NCBI RefSeq assembly: GCF_025526975.1
Contig: NW_026515680.1
Location: 1 to 64,000 of the forward strand
From: Fimicolochytrium jonesii
Taxonomy: Eukaryota
Reading direction: 5' to 3'
Length of the DNA stretch: 64,000 nucleotides
A model generated the notes under the pieces. The model had not been told where the DNA came from. It ran no database searches and saw nothing but the letters and a program-made list of their open reading frames with translations. Positions 36,708-49,815 of this stretch are shown here, piece by piece. Both the position numbers and the translations under genes were made by a program. Position 1 is the first letter of the stretch. The number at the start of each line of letters is the position of its first letter.

Positions 36708-37874
36708 ATGGACGCAGTCCAGGCTTCGGCCTCAACTCTCTTTTCCCTCTCCGCTACGGACCTCCATAGCGCTACGTCTGCCCCGGCGCCTGCGACCGGT
36801 AAGGTCGTTCGGTCGACGCCGACCCCCGGTGTCCCGTGGCTTGGCATCCCACGGGACTTCCGGAGGTCGCTCCCGGACGACCTCACGGTGGTCAACTCTG
36901 TCCTTGGTAGGTTTCCGTTTGCGATTCTTCTCTGGCTTGTGGTGCGGCGTGCCGGATTCAGAGGTAGCAACGCTCACATTCCACATTCTTCTTCGTCATC
37001 CCTCCTGCAGGGACTTCGTTCCCCACCACCACCACCAAGAAGAGCGCGCGGGGGTGCTACCAGCCCCCCGACCTCTCCCGCCTCTCGGCGCAGCTCCTCC
37101 GTGAGGGCTGCCCGCCTCTCCACCAGTGTCTCCTTCGGGCGCCACTGGTGCCCAATGGCCCGGGCCACTGGGACGATACCCTGTCCCTGCGGCAGGTCGG
37201 CGCCATTGCGGGCGCGTTGAAGTCGGTCCTTGAGGTTAGTTGCTGCTTGCCTGCTCATCCGTCGCTAAGAGTCATTGCTTTGGATTGTTGCTTACTTCTT
37301 TCAAAACTTCTTCCTTTCCATCTTCCGTGCGATTCTTTACTTGATGCTCATCAGAAGAAGGTAACTATCCATCGCTTTGCTCTCGCATCACACATCCATC
37401 GAACACACACCTAACCCTGCATCTCCCCCTCTCCTCCTTACTTCCGCCTCACAGGACGAGGAGACGGCTCTCCTCCTCCATGAAACGGCCGCGCTCCGGG
37501 CCTCCCACCTGGAGGAGAAGTCCCTCCTCGAGAAGGAGCGGGCCCTCCTTCAGGAGGAGAACCGGGCGTGGTTTGCCTGCTGGAGGCAGGAGACCGCCGA
37601 CCTCGACGCCGTTACCCAGGACGTGTGGGTGGCGACGGCGGCCGGGGCGTTCTTGGACCCCGCGCCAGCCTACACCCCGCCTCCGAAGTGGCGGCGTTTG
37701 GCGAAAGCCTTACGCACCAAGGTAAAGCTGATTGACTGCTTCACTTATCATTGTACGGTGACCGCGTTGCTGAACTCGTTGATTTGACGTTCGTAGTTCG
37801 GACGGCGGAAGTTTCGGTGGGCGGGGGGAGTCGTCGGCGAGACGGAGACGGGAATCGCGCCCGCGGCCGCATGA
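36708..37874 (+). CDS. Hypothetical spliced protein with a short coiled coil
   Basis: ATG 36708; exons join in frame through GT-AG introns (MDAVQASAS...SVLE|DEETALLL...RTK|FGRR...AAA*). No family recognised. Confidence 0.5.
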
Positions 37875-38434
37875 CAAGGTAAATATCATCACTACATCCC
37901 ACAGCTTCCCATCCTACATCCCTGACACTAATACATCGTCGTTCTCCATTTCCTAGTTAGGGACGGGGGTTAGTGACCCTTTGGTACCCTTTGTAAATAA
38001 TTGTATATAGAGAATGAGAACGTAATCCTGTGCTGTTGATTTGAGACGTGATGCCTGTTGTGACTTGAAAGTTTGTGCAAGAAACATGAAACGCACTGCT
38101 TTGGCGTGCATGATGCACATAGGTGCGGTTGCGGAGCGCACGCTGGCTTTTATATGCCACGAGATGCTAAAACAACGAATCCATGCAAGGAGAACATGAA
38201 GAGATGGATGGACGACTCACCAAAAAACGCATGAATGGCAGGATTGTCAAAGTGCGATGACTAGCTGAACTTCCGCACTGCAGAAGCAGTCCCTGAAGGG
38301 ACTGGCCACGGACGATCAGGCACCGGCTGTTCGAGCGCATGCGACAAAACAGCGAGTCAGCTACAGCATGTTTCGACAGAACAAATGACAGAGCATGATA
38401 TGGGTACCAAAACGTGGGAAACGAGGTCTATAGC

Positions 38435-39800
38435 CTACGCCATCACATTAATAGGTCTCTGAAAGGAAAGGGAACGCCGTACATGATGCAACGCCAATCC
38501 CAACCTCCTCAGCAAAACCGACCTCCCAACGCACGCTAATTCCCCCTCCCCAAATCCACCCCCGTCACATCCGCTCGCAACCCGACGGGACCAGTCCCCC
38601 ATAAACCCAGTCAACCCCTCCCCCGGGGCAAGATCCTCACAGATGCGATCACAGCTCCATGAATCGAAAGGGAAATTGGCTTTAACGAGTGACGGGAGCA
38701 GCTCCTCAAAGACCAGGTCTTGCGACAGGAGTTGACAGAGACGGGGGTCGAGAGGCGGTCGGGTTCGTAGGGGAGGGGTGCGAACTCTGCGCCGGCAGGG
38801 ACGAGGAGACGGACCTTGCTTGACGCAGTTGTTTCCGGCGCAGAAGATGGGGCGATGGGATTGGCCGCCCGTGGCGTTCGGGTTGGCGGCTTGGATCAAG
38901 AGATACCTGACCATTTCCTGGGTGTTGCTGTACTCATTCCCGCACGCGGCTATCAGTGGGGCACCGTCTCTGAAATTGACGTAGTCCGGATGGGCTGTCC
39001 TTTCGACAAGAAGTTTTGCGATATCGACGACCCGAATGTGGCATACAGAGTCGTCAGGGAACATAACTCCGTAGTCCCGCAACAGGCAAACGCGGTTGGT
39101 GGAGAATAGCATGGAATCCACCGAAAGCGCATTCCGGAGCGCATGTGGACCGCAAATCTGTGCATTTCCACCCGCATCCAGTAGCAACTCCAGAATATCC
39201 ACGTCCAGGTTCCACAGCGTGACGTCGATCAGAGCGGGATCATGCCAAATGCGAAGTTCGGTGCCCGTCAATAGGGTGTTGGGGATCGGTGCTGGACTCC
39301 AGCAGGAGTTGGATTGTGTGCAGTTGGCGATTGAGACAGGCGTGACTCAGCGGGATTCCGTGGTATAGGTTGATGTATGCACCGAGCTCGATCAGCAGCC
39401 TAGGTGCGTCCAGATCCAGGCGCACTTGATGCACTAGCGCCTTTTGGAAGCGTCCGGCGGGTCCGAATCGTTCCGAATGAAATTGAAGATCGCTGGAGAA
39501 CCGTGGCAAGCCTTTTGAGCTGCTACAGCAATCGTCTTGTCGTCGCGATGTATATCTGCTCCGGCATCAAGAAGGATCCGCATGTTATGAAGCTAGCGAA
39601 AGCAAGGCATGGGTTGGCGTTCATGCCTTTTCTGAGCAGATATTTGATCATGTTAGGGCGGGCGTTGTTGGCGGAGCGCGGAGAAACTTGGTTGACATCG
39701 GCACCTGCGTCTAACACGACTGTGATTGACTCAAGATCGCCGGCTCTGCCAGTGCATTATTCGGATCTATGATAACCCCGCTTCGAGGAGGGCGGATATC
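38435..39800 (-). pseudogene. Ankyrin-repeat protein, fragmented across frames
   Basis: LDAGADVN, MIKYLLRKGMNAN, LLIELGAYIN, ILELLLDAGGN and PLIAAC...EMVRYLLIQAANPN in different frames without clear introns. Confidence 0.65.
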
Positions 39801-40428
39801 ATTTTTGCTAGGTTGCCGGAAATTCCATTTTCCCATAACCAACCCGAGCGCGTCCAGGTCGTTTCCGCTCAAGACCGCATCGACTTGAGATATGTCCGCT
39901 CCCTGTTAGATTAGAGCTTGAACGTTCTTGCTGTTGCGGGACCAGAGGGCACCTATCAGATAGATACTTGTCTCGAGCGGGAGGCATGATGGAAGCCATG
40001 GTGGCCCACCTGAGCAGTCCTGTCCGGAGGTTCTTCTTGTACTTGAGGTGGGTGCTTCCTTTGCGATGGCGTGGGTCCTTTCAGCTTTTCGCCGCATGGG
40101 GACTAAGATAGCTCGAAGACCACTCCTATGGGAGTGATCCAGTGGTCCGGGAGGTGTATACGTGGCGAACTCCGTATGTGCTGTCCAAAACGTTATCGTT
40201 CTTCGGCCACAGTCAAGGGGTGCTCTGTATATGTACCTGGAAGTTGGAAGTGTTGTTGGTGTTCCAAGGCCGTCCTTCGCTTGCGTCGAGAAAGAAGCAC
40301 ATCCAACGCGTCCCAGACGCGTCCCGCCAGAGTCCCAGCGTTTCGCGGTGCTGTCACTTTACTGACAGTTTTTTCCATCTGGAAAGCAGGAGGGATGGGT
40401 TTGTTCACGACGAGGCACGACCGGGAGC

Positions 40429-40458
40429 TTAGGGTTAGGGTTAGGGTTAGGGTTAGGG
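40429..40458. repeat. Interstitial telomeric repeat (TTAGGG)5
   Basis: Read directly. Confidence 0.95.
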
Positions 40459-41314
40459 TAAGGTGCCTCCGCTGCGGAGATTTGAGCTTGGAAAGGGTGG
40501 AGGTCGTTGTACGAACTGAAGCCGGCGGTGTCTATGCAAAATTCGGGAGGTTCTGTAGATGTGAAGCCGGACAAACGCAAATGGGAAGCCAATCTGGCAG
40601 ATTCTGTGCGCTGGAGTTTCCAAAAACAACTATTGTTTTGCCCAAATTCTTCCCGAGGCTCACAGAAAAGGGAAGCGATGAAACTCTCGTATCTCGTTTC
40701 TGCATGGATCGATTGACTCAGAACGATGAAGTTAACAGAAACGTTAAAATGTCAATTCGAGGACCTCATAGTCTCCGACATCGGCGTCCATCTGCTCCCC
40801 GTTCACTGCAATGTAACAACGCTCCTGATAGATCTTCTCAAACAACGCGCGGTCGTATCCTTTCACCGGTCCCATCCTTCCAAGAGTCGTCGGTTCGAAT
40901 GGAGCAAGGACTGGCGCCGCGGTATGCTTGCCCCATCGCGTTTTGGCGTTGCGATGGCGTACCAAGATCATGAAGGCTCCTTTCGTATGGATGCGCTCAG
41001 TGTGGAATGGGATACAGCATATATGACGGTTGTTCTCGGACCAGGTGCGACCGACAATGTGATGCTTATTTTCGGGGATATAAGCAGATACCGAGAACTG
41101 CATTGCGTCATTCAAAAGTGCATGAAGGTTAGGAGTCCGCCTTCGGGCGACCAGCGGCGGAGGAGATTCGACTTACGCTTCCGCCTTGTTGGGTATGGCT
41201 CGCTTTGGCCTCGGCTGACTTCGATGCAGGCGTAAGTAAACGGCAAGAAAAGGGAAGACAAAGGGGGGGTGCGTACTGGGGCTCCCGGGCTCTCCCTATT
41301 TATACACCAGTGGG

Positions 41315-41388
41315 TACGACGCCCAGGACACATCGTTCCGAGCATAGCCTGACTTCTTGGTTGCACATAGAGGCTCAGCAACCCGTCG
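41315..41388 (+). mobile_element. Internally deleted relic of the 2358-2559 MITE family
   Basis: TACGACGCCCAGGACACATCGTTCCG..CATAGCC joined to TGACTTCT.GGTTGCACAT.GAGGCTCA.CAACCCGTCG matches both inner ends of the MITE. Confidence 0.75.
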
Positions 41389-42599
41389 ACGCCGTCGTAC
41401 TCGTTCGTGCCCATGGTCGCGCGTTGCTAGCTCCCTGGGGCCCGCCAAAGGCTTCAGACGTGGCTCAGGATCGCGCCCGGCGAGCCAGATGGTTGCATAT
41501 TAGGGTTAGGGTTATATTAGTATATGCTACCTTGGCACGAGTATGATCAGTGATGATAGCCTTCAAAGCGACCAAGTTCCAACTCGCATTTTCGGCCTGT
41601 TTCCGGGCTGCTACGTGAGCAACGTAGTGAGCATGCAGTTACGCGCGCGACCACGAACAGCTCCTCGGCAGACCACATCACCAGCTACCACCGCGCGTAA
41701 CTGCTCGCCCAATGTACTACTTATGTACGGTATACAGTACTCCGGACCCACACCCACATTCATGGCTGCTGGGGCAAAGCATGAATGAATTCATGCTGAC
41801 TTCTGCCGTTTCCACATCCACCAGCGCACCTCTTTCCCTCACGTGACTTTCAAGTCGTCCAGGGCCAAGATGGCCAAGATGCTTTTTCGGGATGAAACGA
41901 CCCTTGCAGTGATCCGATATATAAAATAGGACGGAGCCTTGGCAGCGGGGGGTGGCCCAACATCCGGAACAAGCCAGTGGACCTGTTCACACTCAACGAG
42001 ATACTTCCAAGTAGTCGGCGAGGGCAAATGGAATTTCCCAAACCTCTTGGTGTGACATGTTTGCCGTAGCGCTTTGTTTTCTGCTCGAACGACGGACGCT
42101 CCTGTGATGATGGGACGTAATGTAGCTGTTGCGATACTAAGAACAAAAAGCCTGACCCGACCGTCAAGTTCGATGTAAGAATGAATGGGGGAGTCTGTCA
42201 TTTTGCAACGACTGAACTGTCAGAATCCCGTCAATTGACGATCTGGCCGACGACACACACACAACACGGGTTCTCGGTTTGAAGTGCATATACGCGACGA
42301 CAAGCTAGATCTAGAACCACACCGACGTCGAGAGCCGAGTGGGGTGGCAGACGCGATACGGGAGTGTGAGCGCTTGGGTTTTTGACAGAGCGCTCTCATG
42401 ACGTAAATCAGTGGCACAGTTGTGGTGCCCCGCACTACCATTTATGCTGCATGCTACCATGTATGCTACAACCAAATACCGACATCTGACTGTTGCTTGA
42501 AAGTCTACACTAAACCAGACTCATCCCTGACAAAAAAACAGCGTTGCTAAACAACCCACAATATCGGAAGACTACGTCAAGAAAGAAAGATGGTGGACT

Positions 42600-43907
42600 C
42601 TACACCGCTCCAGGCTCAAACCCTAACCTCTCATACATCTTTACCGCCGCCTCGCCTCCCGTATACCACGGCTCAAGCGTCTCTCCCCAGACCGCTTTCC
42701 TATACGCACCCCAGAAGTCAGATCAGAACGAAAGAGGCACACATACGCAGCCAGAAAAGAAATGCTCACGTACCTCACACGCCATAGGTACTGGTCGAGC
42801 ACAGGCAGTTCCTTGTATGCATAGGTCTTCATCGGGAATTCGACGGGGATCCACATGATGGATGCGAGGATGGCAAAGACGGAGGCGTCGACGGATGTGG
42901 GCTGGTCGCCGAGCATAAATCGTTTGGTTCCCAGGAAGTCTGCTATGGCCTGTATTCCATGCGGTCAACCAGTGAGTAACCCATGTGTATGCATTGATAC
43001 GCAAACGCGTGGAAGACAAGTACCTTCAAATCCCTGCACCCAATCGCATATATCTCCTGAGCCGAATGTCGGCCCAGTCCCTGGTTCGCGAGCTTCTTTG
43101 CAGTGCCGCGGCGGATCAGGCGCGCGATGAATTTAAGGGCGAGTGGGAGAGGACCTGAGAGGCCGGTATATGCGCGGAGGGTGTCGTGGATGTTGTCGAC
43201 GTTGCGAGATTGGCCCATGCTGTGGGGATGTGTGTGGGATGGTTGGTAGGGTTACTTAGCCGGAGCGAACATGTGACGCGCACGTACCATGCGACGGTGT
43301 GCTCCGAGACCATTCGGTTGAACGCATGGCCCTGCGCAAGTTGTTCAGGCGTGAGCGTTAGATCTCCAACAACCTGATGGTCAGGGAATCTTGTTTGGAG
43401 GAACTGGATGACTGCACATTGTTCCATGTCAGCAAAAGAACGTTCATCCCCACATGTTTGCGTGACCAACATACTCAGCTCCGAATCTCCCATTTTGATG
43501 CCGTCCATCTCAATGAATGGGATCTTGCCCTTTGGCGCTGCTTTGAGGTCGAAGCCGCGGATCACCACATAGGGAATCTTGGCCATAAGCAGCCACGTTT
43601 CCAGCTTCACTAGAAGAATATGGGATTAGGGAGTCTACCCCATTTTCAGAGGTTGCATATGGCTCAACTTACGAGAAAACGGACTAGCATTCGGATGCCC
43701 CCAAGGCCGTATATCCGGCATATGCACATAAAGCACGCCGGGCTTCTTTTCCTCGCCAGGCTTCAACGTCGGCGTGTTAGAGACGGGATACACGGGCGCC
43801 ATGAGACTCCTCAACCTTCGTCGCGCGAGGTTGCCGAGCCCTGCGAAGAGAAGAGCTGCGAAGATGAGGACGCCTAGTGTGGCGAGGACTACGGTCGCTG
43901 CTGACAT
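42600..43907 (-). CDS. Failed-axon-connections/metaxin-like GST-fold protein with an N-terminal membrane anchor, multi-exon
   Basis: PNASPFS|KLETWLLMAKIPY, PKGKIPFIE, DSEL and LGDQPTSVDASVFAILA. Stop read by eye at 42600-42602. Confidence 0.87.
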
Positions 43908-44677
43908 GGTGGTCTGGGTCGAGTGGCGCGGGCTCTCAAGATGGGTTCGCGGGGAATGCGGATGGGCATGCTGTCTTATAACTTCTCGCCCTCCGAGAGA
44001 TCAGCGGCTGCGGGGCGCCCAACCGCCGCCTGTTCTTCTTTCGAGTGAGGCATGTCGCTCTCTTGCCGTGCGCTGCTATTGATGAGTCCCTCTCACATAA
44101 TGCGCCGGCCGGTGGTGAAGGTAGGAAAGTGAGGATTCCGCCGAAGCACAGACGGGCGTTGGCAAGGTGGCCCCGTCACGCGCTTCCTGTTATTACGGCG
44201 TCCGCAAGAGTGCCTGCCATACATATTACACGGTACACCCCAAGCAGAAGAATAGCCTCGGGACGACGGGGATATGCGAGTTTCCATGTGTATACAGTAT
44301 GTATGAAGGAGGGAGGTCACTGGGCAGCTCTGGGCAGGCAGCTTCCTCGTGTGAGAGAGAACGAGGGAGGGGCGGAACAAGAGTCGTGGGCGTTAAGAAT
44401 CCTTTGATGATGGATTGACTTGCTGTTACATACAGTATACTGTATATACAGCAGTTTGACATGGGACGCGGATGCCTTTTCCCAAGGGTGTCCCTCGCAA
44501 TTCCCACGCGGAGTACTTACTGTATAACAGCCTCTCGATTGAATTCAATTGAGTGTCACGTGTCACAAAGCGCACACATCCATGGACTGCAGCCAACAGC
44601 CAGCCAACAGCCAGAATGGCGGACATCGGCGGACATGGCGAGAGGGGAAGGCTGGAATCTTGACAACAACGACGGAA

Positions 44678-44887
44678 ATGGGCAAACCTCTCACTCCACA
44701 GAAGAGGGCAGCCATAGTTGCGCTGCACAGGGCTGGGAAAAACAAACGAGAGATAGCCAGAGAGCAGGGAGTCTGTTTAAGCACTGCTAAGAACACCATC
44801 AGGAGGTTTGCAAACGACAGTGCGGATGACCCTGCCTCCTACCAATCCAAGAAGCCAACGGGCAGACCGGCTAAGCATCAACCTTGA
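44678..44887 (+). mobile_element. Truncated Tc1/mariner transposase (N-terminal HTH only)
   Basis: RAAIVALHRAGKNKREIAREQGVCLSTAKNTIRRF...PTGRPAK matches the paired-type HTH plus GRP linker. No DDE domain follows. Confidence 0.75.
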
Positions 44888-44957
44888 CGAGCGGTGGGAG
44901 GCCTTTCGCCTTCTTGTTGTTGCTTCCTCGCGCGTGGTGGCCTGAATCCTCTGGGAC

Positions 44958-46154
44958 ATGGACATGAACGCGTCGCTCGTCTCCCTTCGTTTTTTCCGCT
45001 CCATCATCGGTTTAATCAGGCTGCATCTTCCACCGCCGACGACACCCACTTTCCCAAGTTGGCGCCGGCAGAACCACCACTACAACAACAGTGGCCCGCC
45101 CAGCCAGCCAGCCAGCGAACAAGTTCGACACGAAATGCCCTGTCCAGCCCGTCCACCATTACCCCGGCTCCGCCCCGCCGCCGGGCTGCATCACCTGCAC
45201 CGCCATCCCCCACCACCCTCCCACTTCCCCACCCTTTCCTTCCTCTACCCCCCGCCCTTCACCCACCCTCTCCACACTACCGCCCACCCGCGCGCCACCT
45301 CATCCACATTCTGCCCCTACCAAACCCTCCACATCCCCGCGTCAGCCACCCGCGCCCAAATCAAAAAAGCATACTACAAAACAGTCTTCGAGCTCCACCC
45401 GGACCGTCTCGCCGTCGCTGGTACAGCCGGGACGAGTAGCACGGATCCGACGGCACCGCGGACGAAAGCACGCGTAAGCGCGAGGGCCGAAACGAACGAA
45501 AAAGAGGAGTTCCTCAGAGCTGTACGCGCGTATGAGATCCTAAGCGACCCAGAGAAACGGCGACAATGGGATGGGGGTGTGCGGGCTCCCTTCATCTACG
45601 AATCCTCTACCTCGTCATCACCGAGGGGGTCACAGTCACAGGGTGGGCGGCCGTTTTCCCGCGGCGGCGGCAGCGGCGGCGGCAATCCGTTCAGTTCCAA
45701 CCCGTTCGATTCGAATTACACGCCCCCACACTGGTCGACGGCCAACGACCCCGACTTTCCCTTCGCGCACTCCCACCCGGCCGGGAACACGACCCCGCTG
45801 TACATGTCCAACGGCCGGCTCGCCGCGCTCATCGTCCTCGCAGCCATCCTCTCCGGCACGCTGGTCGTGCTGCAGGTCAACTCTGTCCGACGAAACATGC
45901 GGAGGCGGTTGGATGACCAGGATCGGGAGTTGAGGGGGTTCTATGAGGAGCGGTTGAGGAGGGCGAGGGAGAATGGGTTTGAGAGGCAGACGGAGCCGTT
46001 GAGGAGGCGCGCTAGGGAGGTGGAGTTTGCTGAACGCGCGTTGGCGGCGGAGGCCGCGGGGGGCGATGGGACGTGTGGTGGGACGAATGGGGTTGTGGTG
46101 TTGGGGACGGATCCGGTGGGGACGGGGCCGACTTCGTTCAAGTTAGAATCGTAG
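44958..46154 (+). CDS. J-domain (DnaJ) protein with a C-terminal TM segment, Jid1-like and probably mitochondrial
   Basis: PYQTLHI...IKKAYY...HPD...AYEILSDPEKRRQWD; TM LAALIVLAAILSGTLVVL. The true start may be ATG 45135. Confidence 0.85.
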   Translation: MDMNASLVSLRFFRSIIGLIRLHLPPPTTPTFPSWRRQNHHYNNSGPPSQPASEQVRHEMPCPARPPLPRLRPAAGLHHLHRHPPPPSHFPTLSFLYPPPFTHPLHTTAHPRATSSTFCPYQTLHIPASATRAQIKKAYYKTVFELHPDRLAVAGTAGTSSTDPTAPRTKARVSARAETNEKEEFLRAVRAYEILSDPEKRRQWDGGVRAPFIYESSTSSSPRGSQSQGGRPFSRGGGSGGGNPFSSNPFDSNYTPPHWSTANDPDFPFAHSHPAGNTTPLYMSNGRLAALIVLAAILSGTLVVLQVNSVRRNMRRRLDDQDRELRGFYEERLRRARENGFERQTEPLRRRAREVEFAERALAAEAAGGDGTCGGTNGVVVLGTDPVGTGPTSFKLES

Positions 46155-46519
46155 GTGTTTAGGGAGATGTGTTTACTATTCATTTCGTTATACAGCATTG
46201 AACAGAGGCTCTAGACTTTCCCATCAGCCAATCTACAGATCTACGCCTAAAGCCTAGCAGTCGTGTAATGAATGTGTAGGAATGAAGTGTATGGGATAGG
46301 ATGGGAGAGTGTTCTTCGATGCGCGAAGACCACTGCTCCGTCCATGTAGCGCCATGCCATGCCATATGCGCCGAGCGTTATCAATAAAAAAAAAGTGGTG
46401 GAAGAGGCGGAATGTAGTCCAAAATCCTCCGTATCAGCGATTCGCAGAAAGGGTCAGCTCAGCCATCAAGTCAAAGCCAAAGCATATCGGTGTGCCTCTC
46501 TAACGCTTCTCCAATCCTC

Positions 46520-48480
46520 TCAACGCATCGACGCAGTCATGACAGCCGGCTGCTCCAAATACGTCTTCCACAGCTGCACAAACCGGGCCACCGTCGCCCC
46601 ATCAATGACCCTATGATCCGCATTGAAGCTCACATTCAACACCTCCTTCGCAACCACCCGCTCCGTCTCCCGTCCCGTGACCGGATCCACAACCGTTTCG
46701 AACCTCGGCAAACGCTGCGTGCGCCCGATCGCGCCGATGCAGAGTTCCGACGAGACGAGGACGGGGTGCAGGAGGGTACCGCCGATGTTGCCGACGTTGG
46801 AGAGGGTGATGGTGCCGTCTTTGAGGTCCGAGGGGGAGATGGCGCCTTTGCGACCGGATTCCTTTAGGCGTTCGAGGTCCGAGGCGATGTCGAGGACTGA
46901 TTTGGATTCGACGTTTTTGACGTTGGGGACGATCAGGCTGGGTTTGAAGATGAGCAAAACGTTAGATTCAGGCGTGTAACCATGAGAACCTCAGACAAAA
47001 TGGCAAAGTTTCCCAAAACTCACCCCTGTGGCGTGTCCATGGCAATCCCAATGTTATGCGCCGCCCGGTACTGCAACTGAGCAGTCGACACCTGATCCGC
47101 ATTGATCAAACGAGCGTTCAAGATCGGGAACTCCACCAGCGCCATGGATAGCGCCTTCATGAAGATGGGCATGTACGAAATCTTCTTGAAGGGGTATTCT
47201 TCGTTGTTGTTATTCTTGAGGTAGTGATTGATGTCCTCGCGATGCTTGGAGGCGGCGTTGAGAATGATCTCTTCCGAGAAGCCAAAGTGAGGGATCTCGA
47301 GGGATTTGGTCATTGATTTGAACATGGCTTTTTGTATCGGGCCGAGGGGGACGACTTTGTCTTCACCGGCGGGGATGATGACGCGGGGTGCGGCAGGCTT
47401 CGCTGGTGCGGATGACGGTGCCGTTGCCGCGGATGGGGGTGCGGCGGTCTCTGCTAGGATGAAATACTCGTCAGCCTATCTATTCAACATTCCCAAACTA
47501 GTGATGACCGTCCACAGTACTCACCGGCACGTGGCTTGCTGGTTCCACTAATAAACGCCAACACATCTCCCTTCAACACCCGTCCACTCGGTCCCGTCCC
47601 AGTCACCTTCACCAAGTCGATGCTGTGCTCCCTCGCAATCCTCCTCACAGCGGGTGTCGTCAACAGCCAGGACTCCTCCATATCGCGGTCGGTACGGGCC
47701 CTACCACCCGCCGCGGCTTCCTGAGCGACCTGCGTGGCAGGAAGCACGGCTTCAGGTGCGTTGAGCTCGGCGGTTCCCGGGACGGCGTCGGTGTCGGCCT
47801 CGTCAGTGGTGATGTCGACTAGAGGTGCTCCGACTTTGGCGACGTCGCCGGTTTTGTAGTAGAGCTTTTTGACGACACCGTCGTAGCGGGAGGAAATCTC
47901 GACAGCGGCTTTGTCGGATTGAACCTCACAGATTGGCGAGAACTGTTCCACTTTGTCGCCCTCCTTCACGAACCTATATCCCCCTTTCGGTTGAGTTTCC
48001 CTTTCAAGTGGCCGAAGAGATACGCTTGTCAATCTCACTCACCATTGGATGAGCTCACACTCCGTGATTCCCTCTCCAATATCGGCCAACAAGAACGGAA
48101 TATCCTTTCGAGACGCAACCGCCGCATGGAAGGCGCGCCGACCGAGAGCTATCCGTGGTGCTGCGGGCGAAGCCAGGTGAAGAGCCTACATAGCGGAGTG
48201 TGTCAATTTCCACTGCCCACGGACTCCTTCGTCTTCCGGCATTTCGAAACATGTAAGACAGCGCCGAACTCACCATCCGTGGAACGGCGGCCCGTGACGA
48301 CAGCGAAGCCACACGGAAAGCGCATGAGTGCAATGCTCTCGTCTATGGCGTGGGAAGACGTTAGGTTGAAACTTTTGGATTTCACACCGACCAGGTGGTG
48401 TTTCGTACCTGGTTGACAGCGGAGACTCTGGCCAAGCGCAAGGCTGCTGCCCGGGACACGTTTGAGGCAGCTGCTGGCAT
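46520..48480 (-). CDS. DBT: Dihydrolipoamide branched-chain transacylase E2 (BCKDH), multi-exon
   Basis: Transit peptide; PFLLADIGEGITEC; lipoyl EVQSDKA; E3-binding TPAVRRIAREH; catalytic ADHRVIDGA. Confidence 0.94.
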
Positions 48481-48939
48481 GGTGGACCTGTTGTTGCCTG
48501 TCTGTGGGGGAGTTGTGGGGTTGACTGGACGGAAGGGGATGGATGGGTTCAGCAGGGGGAGGGGAATAAGAGCGCCGTGAGGGAGGTCGTTGATGCCCAA
48601 ACGTAACACGGGCGCGCTGCACATGATGGTCATTCCGCACATCACGCTCGCTCGGCCCTCACCCCTCCCCTTTTTTTTGCTTTTTCTCGCTGCGTTCTTC
48701 CCGCACTTGGAAGTTCATCACAGTACTCACTACTCTTCTCTGCCATTGCAGACGGACTCATTATTGGAGTGCACACGCAGATATTACTATGCTCACTGGT
48801 AAACCGTTCATCAACGCTTTACCGTCTCGTCATACTTCATGGATACATGTGGATGTCTGCCAACAAAGCATATCTATGATCTACGATCTACCGCACACAG
48901 GGTGGAGAGCAGACTCTCGCTCGTCACGAACGCTTCTCA

Positions 48940-49815
48940 TCACGAACGCTTCTCAAACTCGCAATCCTTCACGTATTCCACCTTATATGCGGAGTCCAGA
49001 CCTTGTACGAGCCGCTTGATCCCCTCTTCGTGAAACAGCCTCTGTGCATGGTCCAGATCACCGACCCTGGGTTTCCGCATGGTCGCAACGAGTGTCCGCG
49101 CTCCGAGGTCCACAGTAGCGCTGTCAACCTCGCTAAAGGTTGACCCCACTACAGCTTTCTCGATGCGTGCTGCACACGATCCGCAACGCATCCCATCCAC
49201 GCGGAAGCACAGACGTTCCTTTTCGAATGGTGATATTGGCGGTGCCGGTGCGGATGCTGGTGGGTCAACTTCAGCTGAACGGCTACCATTTGAAAGCGTC
49301 GTGGAGGCGGATAGGAGCTGAGGACCAAAACTGACAAGCAGGCAAAATGCGATAGTCAAAATCGTCCGTCGGGTAGTGCCATATCGCCAGACATTACTGA
49401 CGAGAATGATGATGGTAATCGCGCGGAATAAGGGTTGATATGCGGTTAGATAGCCCAACCTAGAGAATAGAAAGTGTGTTGGTTCATTGAACCACTGTCA
49501 GCGTACGCGGCCCCAGAGATCACTGAAAGCTAACCCTGAAAAAGACACCGAAGCCATGTCCAAGGTCAAAGGGATAATGCAGCACGACGAGCCCAAGACG
49601 ACCGAAAAGATGGCGCCTAGGGTGCTTTCGACTGATGGTTCCTTGTTGCAGCACTTGGGGGTCGTCCCCGACTTTTGCGCGCAATCTTCTGCGAGCGAGT
49701 CTGTGACTCCGTTGCGAAGGGGTAGCCCGTCCTTCCCAATGACGGCGTTGCCCTCGGCGGGAACAGAGCAGGAGCTGCCGGTGTTGGTGTTGGTGTTTGA
49801 GAAGGCTGCGGGCAT
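48940..49815 (-). CDS. MerT-like membrane domain fused to an HMA (MerP-like) domain
   Basis: TM1 GAIFSVVLGSSCCIIPL; GYLTAYQPLFRAITIIIL; a third TM; HMA FRVDGMRCGSCAARIEKAV. One GT-AG intron at about 49460-49506. Confidence 0.78.
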
